Notes under the pieces: generated by a model
Databases searched by the model: none
Told to the model about the DNA's origin: nothing
Seen by the model: only the letters and a program-made list of their open reading frames with translations
Part shown: positions 1-8,100 of the stretch, one piece after another
How the letters are laid out: each line of letters starts with the position of its first letter
Numbering within the stretch: the stretch's first letter is position 1
Program-made: the position numbers and the translations under genes
Source of the DNA: Anaerolineae bacterium
Lineage (GTDB): Bacteria; Chloroflexota; Anaerolineae; S140-20
Length of the DNA: 25,810 nt
Assembly (NCBI GenBank): GCA_027021705.1
Contig: JALUTT010000024.1
Coordinates: forward strand, 1 to 25,810
Reading direction: 5' to 3'

Positions 1-164
1 TGCCCCACCTGGGCGTCTATCCCCGCCTTCTGACGCACCTCCCATTCCAGCCCCCCCAGGATGGCCCCCAGCCGGCCTTCCACAGCCCGCAACTCCCCGG
101 CGGTCTGTTGCCATTGAGCCCCCAGCGCCCGAAGCTGGGCCGGATCAACCCTAATGCGCACCAT
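1..164 (-). CDS. WXG100-like N-terminal domain protein, probable T7SS substrate (partial, runs off window edge; absent from ORF track)
   Basis: Manual translation from ATG at 164 (GGAGGAGGG 5 nt upstream): MVRIRVDPAQLRALGAQWQQTAGELRAVEGRLGAILGGLEWEVRQKAGIDAQVG..., open to the edge. 36/45 residues are identical to the N-terminus of 3792..5087. Overlaps the stop of 151..2061. Confidence 0.9.
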   Translation of the reverse strand, partial: MVRIRVDPAQLRALGAQWQQTAGELRAVEGRLGAILGGLEWEVRQKAGIDAQVG

Positions 165-2061
165 GGCTACCCTCCTCCCCTTTCTCGATAGCGTAGATGT
201 GCACGTCGTTTCCCATGTAGACCCGCCGAACGCCGGCACAGGTGTCAAACCAGCGCGGTTGGAGCCTGCCCCCCTTGGCCCCGATGTAGATGTGGGTGAC
301 GGATTGCTCCCGGACGAACTGCCAGAAGGTGGTGGTGCATCCTTCTATCGCCCTGGCTTGCTCGGCCACCCGCTTTACCTCCAAAATGTAGCGTTGGCCT
401 TCTGCATCTACCCTTTGCCCATAGGCAACGCCGGGGGGCAGGATGGTCGCCCGATGGCCGATCAGGGGAATCCACCACCCTCCATCGCTACCGCGATACA
501 GACCGTAGGCCCAAGGCTCGACGTTGATGAGGAATTTGGCCCCCGGCGGCACGTTCCCCGCGATCCATTCCAGAGCCTTCACGTCCTCGGCCGTCGCCAA
601 CACGGTGACCGGGTTGATGATGGAGCGGGTACCTGAGAACCCCCACGCCCCTAAAGCGGCGAGCCCGAAGCACCACAGGTACCGGGAGAGCCGAGGGGAG
701 CGGGTGATCCTGCTCACCCACCGGCGCAGCATGAACAGGCCCTCTGCCGCCAGCACGTTCTCGGCCACGAACAGGGTGATCACGAGCAGATCGGCGCGGA
801 AAGGCCGAACCTGCCACGGCCACTCGGTGCTCAGCAGGGCCAGGATCCCCACCCACACCACCAGAACCCGGCTGGGACGGCGGGCGATCAGCGATGCGCC
901 GACGGCCGGGGCCGCCAGCAGCAGGATGACCCAGTTACCGGGGTGATTCACCAAGTTCCACAGGTATTCCAGCGTCGGGAAGGCCGCCTGCCCGGTGAGC
1001 GCCCCTGCGCTCCCCCAGTGAACCCGGGCGAAGGCCGACACGTGGGGAACGACCCGGAGAAGCCAAGGAACAACCATAGCCCCCCCCAGTCCGCCCCAGG
1101 CCAGGAGTCCAAGACCCCGGTGCCACCGCCCTCTGTTCCCGCCCTCAACGGGGCCAACCAAGGCCAGCGCCAGCAGGAACCCCAGGAAATAGGCTGCTGC
1201 CAGGTAATGGACCAGCACGATCCCGCCGGTCATCAAGGCAAGTTGAAGCCCGTTTCGACGCTGATGGGGATGGCGCCAGACCGCGAGCGCCGTCGCCATC
1301 GCGATGGGGAGCAAGACCATCCCCGTCAGCAGGGTGTACCGTCCCCACGAGGCGTAGTAGGCGGGCATCTGGGAGACAAAGCCGGTCAGCACGGCCGCGG
1401 CGATGCCTACCTCGCGACGACCGCCGATCTCCGCCCCCAGGCGGTAGATGGACAGGACGACTGCCGCGTTGAGCACTTGGCCCAGGACCAGCACCGCCCG
1501 GGGCGATGGAAGGTCGGCCAACTCGGCGAAGGCGGCCGTCAACACGTGAAAACCGAAGTGGTAGTAGAACGGAACGGGCATGTAAGGCTGCCAGGTGTCG
1601 GGAAGCTGCCCCTGGTCTCGGATGATCTGGACGATCAGGGTGTGGTGCAAGGAGTCCACCCAGGCCGGCAGTGCTAGGTCTCGGACCTGGAGGAACCGCA
1701 GGGTCAGCGTGGCGACGAAGACCAGCCCCATCGCCATCACACCCGATCGGTAGCCCACCCCCTTGTGGCGCCACTGCCCGACCGGCCATCTTCTGAAGAA
1801 GGCCAGGGATCGGCCCCCAATGCCGAACCCCACGACGAGGCTCCCCAGGAGGCCGGCGACGGCCAAGTCCCTGTAGCCGATCCTGACGTGAGCGAGGGTG
1901 GCGTAGAGGGCGAGCAGGGAGATGCCGGCCACACTCAGCCCAACGCTTGTCGCCAGATCAGGCCGGTGCCTGTCGCAACGGTGGAGAGCCTCTGCGATCA
2001 CTTGACCGGGCAGCCACAGCACGGCGACGGCGGCCCCTGCGATCCGTATCCCGCTGGCCAC
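151..2061 (-). CDS. Polytopic membrane protein, GT-C-fold glycosyltransferase-like (DUF6541-like)
   Basis: 636 aa with more than 10 hydrophobic segments. Loop motif AWVDSLHH...FYYHFGFH follows an early TM, and there is a soluble C-terminal domain (EDVKALEWI...VTHIYIG). GTG start with GGAGG upstream. Function is inferred. Confidence 0.65.
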   Translation of the reverse strand: MASGIRIAGAAVAVLWLPGQVIAEALHRCDRHRPDLATSVGLSVAGISLLALYATLAHVRIGYRDLAVAGLLGSLVVGFGIGGRSLAFFRRWPVGQWRHKGVGYRSGVMAMGLVFVATLTLRFLQVRDLALPAWVDSLHHTLIVQIIRDQGQLPDTWQPYMPVPFYYHFGFHVLTAAFAELADLPSPRAVLVLGQVLNAAVVLSIYRLGAEIGGRREVGIAAAVLTGFVSQMPAYYASWGRYTLLTGMVLLPIAMATALAVWRHPHQRRNGLQLALMTGGIVLVHYLAAAYFLGFLLALALVGPVEGGNRGRWHRGLGLLAWGGLGGAMVVPWLLRVVPHVSAFARVHWGSAGALTGQAAFPTLEYLWNLVNHPGNWVILLLAAPAVGASLIARRPSRVLVVWVGILALLSTEWPWQVRPFRADLLVITLFVAENVLAAEGLFMLRRWVSRITRSPRLSRYLWCFGLAALGAWGFSGTRSIINPVTVLATAEDVKALEWIAGNVPPGAKFLINVEPWAYGLYRGSDGGWWIPLIGHRATILPPGVAYGQRVDAEGQRYILEVKRVAEQARAIEGCTTTFWQFVREQSVTHIYIGAKGGRLQPRWFDTCAGVRRVYMGNDVHIYAIEKGEEGSHGAH

Positions 2062-2067
2062 AATCCA

Positions 2068-3714
2068 CTATCCTCCCCAGGGGGGCGGCGGATAAGGGTA
2101 GGGTTCGGGTGTATCCGTGGGCTCCGGTGCAGGCCCCCCACCGCCGCCCCCCCCACCGCCGGGAAAGGGGTTGAACCAGAACATCCCCTCGGTCGAGGTC
2201 GCCAGGGGCCTCCCGCCCTGCACCACTGACACATTCCACCGCCATTCTCCGAACTTGTCTCCCGGCAGGCTGGCCGTCCATTCGGTGGTGGTGAGAAGAG
2301 GGCTCTGCACGCTGTAGCCGCTCTCCCGATGCCAGGCCAGCACTTGGTAGCTCTGTCCCGTGCCCAGCTTCCCTTCCCAGCGGAAGGTGATAGGATTCGA
2401 GTAGGTCTGTCCCTGCTCCGGGAACGTCGGGACCGGCGGGGCGGCCGATGATCCGACGGGAGCGGGTGTGCCTCCCGAAGCCGAGGACGGCGCCTTCGTC
2501 GTTGCCGTCGTGGCCTCCGTTGAGGCCGGCGTGCTGGTTGGCCGGCGCGTCGCCGTCGGCTGCGTCGTCGTCGGTGTCGGCGTCGCTGCCCTCCTGGTCA
2601 TCGTGACTCTGATCACCTCCACCGTCGGAGAGGATCCCGCGCCGGCCGGGACCTCAGGTGAGGCCGTCGCCACCGACGACGGCGAAGTAGGAGACGTTCC
2701 CGCCCGCCCCTTCCCCACCAGGATCCCCACCACCACCAAGGCCAGCACGATCAATCCCCCCACCGCCCACGCCCACGCCGGAACCGACAGGAATGCCGGC
2801 CAGGAGGCGATGGGACGCCCCAAGGGGCCATCCGGGGCCAGGGGGCGAGACCTCGGTCGGAGCCCCGCCGCTCCGATCGCCGTTCCGCCCGCAACCCCCA
2901 GCGCCTGGGCCATTGCCTCGGCGCTGTCGAACCGCTCCGACATCGGCAGCGCCAGCGCCTTCAACACCGCCGCTTCCGTCCGCCGGCCGATCCCCGGAAT
3001 CACCGCCCTAGGCGGGACGAAGCTCTTGGGATCCGCCATCCGCTGCGTCGCCGTCGGCGGGGCCTGTCCCGTCAGGGCGTGGTAGAGGGTCGCCCCCAGG
3101 CTGTAGAGATCACTGCGGGGATCGGTGTGCCCCACCCCCAAGTCGTACTGCTCCGGCGGCGCGTACTCCGGCGTGCCCATCCCCCGCATCACCGTCCCCG
3201 TGTAAGGGTCTCGGGGATCCCACAGCTTCACCAACCCGAAGTCCACCAGCACCGCCCGTCCGTCCCGCTGTAGGATCACGTTCTGGGGCTTCACGTCCCG
3301 GTGCACCACACCCGCTCGGTGACAGTAGGCCAGGGCGTCCAGCAACTGCCCCGCCCAGACCAAGACCTCTGCCTCCGGCAGCGGTCCCTCCCGGGCGATC
3401 CGCTCCGCCAGGCTCTCTCCCTCCACCAGGTCCATCACCAAGTAAGCGTTTCCTCCTTCCTCGAAGGAGTCGGTAACGCGGACCAAGTGGGGATGGTTCA
3501 ACCGGGCCAGGACGATGGCCTCCCGGCGGAACTGAAGGCGCAGCTCTTCCAAAGTGTGCTCCTCCAACCCCGGCTGGGGCCGCATCTCTTTGAGGGCCAC
3601 GGGGACCTCCAGCCGGGCGTCCCAGGCCCTGTAGACGGCTCCCATCCCCCCTTCTTCCAATAGGTCCTTCACGCGATAGCGGTGCTGCAACACCTGTCCG
3701 CTCTGGAGTGCCAT
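2068..3714 (-). CDS. Membrane-anchored Hanks-type Ser/Thr protein kinase with Thr/Pro-rich linker and small extracellular beta-rich domain
   Basis: Start reassigned to MALQSGQ (GAGGAG upstream; the track extension overlaps the upstream gene). Motifs EGGMGAVY, VALKE, HRDVKPQN, DFG, GTPEYAPPEQ. TM WAWAVGGLIVLALVVVGILVG; tail of Gly9 then PEPYPYPPPPWGG. Confidence 0.92.
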   Translation of the reverse strand: MALQSGQVLQHRYRVKDLLEEGGMGAVYRAWDARLEVPVALKEMRPQPGLEEHTLEELRLQFRREAIVLARLNHPHLVRVTDSFEEGGNAYLVMDLVEGESLAERIAREGPLPEAEVLVWAGQLLDALAYCHRAGVVHRDVKPQNVILQRDGRAVLVDFGLVKLWDPRDPYTGTVMRGMGTPEYAPPEQYDLGVGHTDPRSDLYSLGATLYHALTGQAPPTATQRMADPKSFVPPRAVIPGIGRRTEAAVLKALALPMSERFDSAEAMAQALGVAGGTAIGAAGLRPRSRPLAPDGPLGRPIASWPAFLSVPAWAWAVGGLIVLALVVVGILVGKGRAGTSPTSPSSVATASPEVPAGAGSSPTVEVIRVTMTRRAATPTPTTTQPTATRRPTSTPASTEATTATTKAPSSASGGTPAPVGSSAAPPVPTFPEQGQTYSNPITFRWEGKLGTGQSYQVLAWHRESGYSVQSPLLTTTEWTASLPGDKFGEWRWNVSVVQGGRPLATSTEGMFWFNPFPGGGGGGGGGPAPEPTDTPEPYPYPPPPWGG

Positions 3715-3791
3715 CGGTCTCTCCTCGTCCTCTGCGCCGTTAGTCCGCCCTTCACTACGCATAGACCTCGGGGACCCCCCTCGAGGCGACA

Positions 3792-5087
3792 CTACGTCGG
3801 ACGGATGACGATGAAGTTGTTCTTGGGAACTCCCTTGCCAAAATCGGCCCCCCAAGAGGCGCTGAAGGTCTCCCAAGAGCAGGTGTAGGAGCGCCCTTCC
3901 CAAGGGTCGTTGATCCGCACCTGACCGTCGGGCGAGATACCGGTGACCACGACGGCGTGGGTGTACCCCGTCGTCTTCAGCCCCAGCTTCACAATGGCGA
4001 TGACCGGCCCTTCGGCTACTGCCTTCCTCAATGCCTCCAAGTTGGCATTGGTGTGCACCTCTGTCTTCTGGTAGCCCAAGCTCTTCACCTCGTCGAAGAC
4101 CTCGTCCACCCTCATCCCTGCGGTGGGATTGAACACTCCCTGCCCCACGTTGCGGTCCAGCAACTCCTGGGCCGACATCGTCTTGTTGGCCGGGTCCTTG
4201 GCGTGCCAGTAATCCAGGACCATCTGGGTGACTGTCGGCACGCAGCCGTATGCTGTAGGCTTCCCTTTGTATTGGAGGCCCTGCTGGCTTCTCAGCGGAA
4301 CGTCGAACCACCACCGATCCTGGTCGGTCTTAGACGGGGGGGCTGTTGCGCCCGACTCTGGCTTCGCCGTCGCCTCCGGCTTTGCCTCTTGGGCGGGGGC
4401 AGGAGCAGGCTGGGCGGGCGGCTTTCGATCCGCCGGCTCCGTCTCCCTCTCGGTTCCGCCCTCCTTCCCAGGGAAGCGCTGCCTCAACAGCTCGGCCAGC
4501 CGCCCCCGGGCCGGCTGAGGGACAGGCGTCGGCGGGGCCAACTCGAGGTCGGTCTTCCACCCCTTCCCTCGCAGCCAGTTCCAAACCCGCTCCTTCAAGG
4601 CGCGTAGGTCCGGCGGGATCCCAGGCCAGGGCAACAGGCTGCCCACGCCGATGAGCGACGCACCCCCGGCCACCGGCAGCGAGATCGCCCGAATCCGGGG
4701 CGGTGATCCGATGACACTGCCCAGCCCCCACGCAGCATCGACCTGATCCCCGGGGATCCTCCACCAGGAGGGCAGATCCCGCAGTCCGGTGTAGAAGGAA
4801 TCCCCGATCCGGCTCACCTGCCCGACCCCCTGTTGGTCCGCCTCCTCGAAGGCCTGGGCTTTGGTCACCAGGTAGCGGGCCAGGGTCCCGGCCTGCTCGG
4901 CCAGTGCCTGGGCCTGGCTGCGAGCCTGAGCCACCAGCCCTTCCACGTTGGCCTCCTGGCGCACCTCCCAGTCTAACCCTCCCAGGATGGTTCCCAGGCG
5001 ACCTTCTACCGCCTGTAGCTCTCCCGCGACTTGCTGCCATCGGGTTCCCAGCATCCGGAGCTGTGCCGGATCTACCTGAATGCGCAT
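3792..5087 (-). CDS. WXG100-like N-terminus fused to C39-like (papain-fold) cysteine peptidase; probable T7SS effector
   Basis: Start MRIQVDPAQL (GAGGAGG upstream). Helical N-terminus with LDWEV and AFEEAD, then a Pro/Ala linker. C-terminal VPLRSQ..YGCVPT..YTHAVVVTG..INDPW gives the Q/C/H/D catalytic set. Immediately downstream of essC. Confidence 0.85.
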   Translation of the reverse strand: MRIQVDPAQLRMLGTRWQQVAGELQAVEGRLGTILGGLDWEVRQEANVEGLVAQARSQAQALAEQAGTLARYLVTKAQAFEEADQQGVGQVSRIGDSFYTGLRDLPSWWRIPGDQVDAAWGLGSVIGSPPRIRAISLPVAGGASLIGVGSLLPWPGIPPDLRALKERVWNWLRGKGWKTDLELAPPTPVPQPARGRLAELLRQRFPGKEGGTERETEPADRKPPAQPAPAPAQEAKPEATAKPESGATAPPSKTDQDRWWFDVPLRSQQGLQYKGKPTAYGCVPTVTQMVLDYWHAKDPANKTMSAQELLDRNVGQGVFNPTAGMRVDEVFDEVKSLGYQKTEVHTNANLEALRKAVAEGPVIAIVKLGLKTTGYTHAVVVTGISPDGQVRINDPWEGRSYTCSWETFSASWGADFGKGVPKNNFIVIRPT

Positions 5088-5119
5088 TCGATCCCTCCTC
5101 ACCACAGCCCAACCCCGGC

Positions 5120-8100
5120 TCAGGCGACTATGCCCACCGCCTTGCGAAGGGCGCGGGCCATCGCGCCGGCCGAGTCGTAGCGTTCGTCGGGCTCCTTAGC
5201 CATGGCTTTCAGGATTACCGCCTCCACCTCCTCGGGAATGGCCGGGTTGATCTGCCGGGGCCGAGGGGGAGGCTCGTGGATGTGCTTGACGGCGATCCCC
5301 ACCGGCGTGTCGGCTTCGTAGGGCAGCCGGCCGGTGGCCATCTCGTAGAGGATCACCCCCAGCGAGTAGATGTCGGTGCGGTGGTCCACCGGCTTCTTCC
5401 CCAATCCCTGCTCCGGCGATGCATAGGCCAGGGTGCCCAGGAAGGCATCAGACCGTGTCAGCTTCTCTTGGTCAGCCTCTATCACCAGCTTGGCCAACCC
5501 GAAGTCGGTCAGCAGCACCCAATCCCCCTCGTCCAGCAGCACGTTGGAGGGCTTCACGTCCCGGTGGATCACGCCTCGCCTGTGGGCATGGTCCAGGGCT
5601 GCTGCGATCTGACCGACGAAGCGGACTGCCTGGGCGAGGTCCATAGGCCGCCCCATCCGCTCCCGCAGCGTCTCCCCCCTCACGTACTTCATCACGATGT
5701 AGCTGAGGTCCCGCTCCTGACCGAAGTCTATGATGGGCAGGATGTTGGGATGGCTCAGCCGGGCGATGGCCCGGGCTTCCCGTTCGAACCGTTTGGTGAA
5801 GTTGGGCAAGAGAGAGTACTCGGGCAGGAGCACCTTGATGGCCAGGTCCCGGTCCAGGACGGGATCGTAGGCCCGGAAGACGATGGCCATCCCCCCCCGA
5901 CCGATCTCCTCATCAATCCGATACCGCCCCAACCGTTCCCCGATGAGGCCGCGGAGCAGGTCCCGGTAGCTGCTGGGGGGATGGCGGGTTGGGAAGGGGC
6001 GCTTCTTCTCGCCGGACAACTCCTGCTTCGGAGGGGCGACCTGGGTTTTAGGGAAGGGAGAGGGAGGCGTCCTTTCCCGTTCCCACGGGCGGGTCACCCG
6101 CTCCTGGGTTTCCCGGCCGGGTGGGGAGACCTCCTGCCGACGTCCTTCCTCGTCGGGTCGGGCAGCGGTTTTCACCTCACCCTTACCGCGCCGGATGATG
6201 AGGTCTCCCCATGCCTTCAGGGTCATGTCTCCAACGTGGCCGGTGGCGGCCTTGATCCGCCGGTAGCGCCTCCGCTGCGCATAGTAGCCCTGTCCCGGCG
6301 GCAGGAGCTGCCCGGCTTCCCCCATCGGCAAGCGCAGGTTGAAGAGTTGCAGGTCGTTGTGTTCGCTGCTGCCCAGCAGGAAGCCCGTGGGCATCGCCTT
6401 GAGCGCCTTCACCCAGTCTTCGTAGCTGGAGGAGAGGGCGGAGGCGACACCGGCCAGCAGTAGGTGGAAGCCCAGCCCCCGCCCCTGACGGATCAGTTTC
6501 TTCAGCCGCTCTTTGGTACCGCCCTGGACGTCGGCATTGAAGGTCTCGAAATCGCTCACGGCCAACACCAGCGCCGGATAGCCGGCTAACAGGCCCCGCT
6601 TCTCCTCCCCGGACAGCAGCCCGCCGGCCCGCCGACGGGCTTCCTCCAGCGCCTGCCGCCGCTCCTCCAGCGACCGCTCGATCTCGGCCAGGGCCTCGCC
6701 CAACCGATCGTCGTCGGTGATGTAGGCCTGCACGTGGGGCAGCCCTTGCAAGGGCAACAGGTCCATCCCTTGGAAATCGGCCAGGTAGAGGCGCAACCGC
6801 TCCGGTGGGAAGCGCTCCGCCAGGGCCAGGAGCCAGGTCTGCAGGAAGGTCGTCTTGCCGCTCTGGATAGGGCCGGCGATGAGGAAGTGAGGGCCGTCGG
6901 CCAAATCCACCTCGATCGGCTCCAAGTCGTCCACATCCAGCCCTACCGGCACGGCCAAGGCCGTCGCCTCGGCCGGGGAGAGCCATCCGCTGCCGGGGGG
7001 CAGGAGCTCCGCCAGCGCCACCTCCTTGGGCAGCACGGGGATGGGGGTGGCCACCGGCCCTTTCCAAGCTTGGGCCATCCGCTCGATGAGCCCCTTGAGG
7101 GCTTCGGTACGCCGGGCCTCCGTATCCCCGGCCACCGGGAGCGCCGTCTGGAACTCCAGCGGCGGCTTGCCCTTCACCAACCCTCGCCCCGGCACGGCTG
7201 CCGGCACCAGTCCGCCCGTCCGTCCCACCGCCATACCGTAGTCCCCCGGATCGGCCAGTTGCAGGGCCACGGCCAGGGTGATGTTGTTGCTGATCTTGGT
7301 CTTGACCAGGGAGGGGCTGTTGGCCGTGAGGACCAGGTGTACCCCCAAGCTGCCTCCCTCACGGGTGATCTGGGCCAACATCTCCAGCTCCTCCTCCGCT
7401 CCGGGGGTCGCAAAGGCCGTGTAGTTGTCCAGGACGACCACGAGGGCCGGCATCGGGTCGCCGGTGGTCTCCCGGTACGCCGTCAGGGTGCCCACGCCCG
7501 CCCGGGCGAACTGCTCCTTGCGGCGGTCCATCTCCCGCAGGAGGAAGCGGAAGAGGCGCTGTAGCTTCTCCTCCTCATCCATCAGCACCACGCCCCCCAC
7601 GTGGGGGAGGGGAGCGAAGAGGGTGAGCAGTCGTCCGCCGAAGTCGAGCAGGTAGAGGTGCACCTCTTGGGGCGAATGGGTCCGGGCCAGCGCGGTGATC
7701 AGCGTCTGGAGGAAGGTCGTCTTGCCCGTGCCCGGTGCCCCGTAGACGGCCAGGTGGCCCTCCTCCCCCAGGGGGAGCCGCAGCGGTCTCTGCTGTTGGT
7801 TGGCCGGATCGTCCACCAGCCCCACGACCGGCTCCAACCAGGCGGTAGCCGGCTGCCAGGTCTGCCCATCCCATCCCTCGGACGGGCGCACCTCGGCCAG
7901 CACCTCCTCCAGGGTGATCCGCTCCGGCAGTGGAGGGAGCCACGGGCCCGGCAGGGCGGTGATCCCCGCCCGCTTGGCCACCTCTCGGATGTAGGCGACG
8001 AGGGCTTGCAACTGGGTTGTCCTTTCCTGGAACGCCCGCGGCCGGGGGGAGCGGCCCAGGGGACGCCGCTCCCCTTCCAAGGTCACCTCGACGATCTCGT

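Noticed and set aside
2147..2154. C8 homopolymer as a phase-variation tract
   Set aside because: It lies in a poly-Gly codon run near the end of the gene and is expected in GC-rich DNA.
3715..4314. N-terminal extensions in the ORF track (also 12952..13464, 17529..17678, 20674..20907, 25279..25497)
   Set aside because: Most overlap upstream genes in another frame and all read as low-complexity sequence. The downstream starts have good RBSs and coincide with domain starts.
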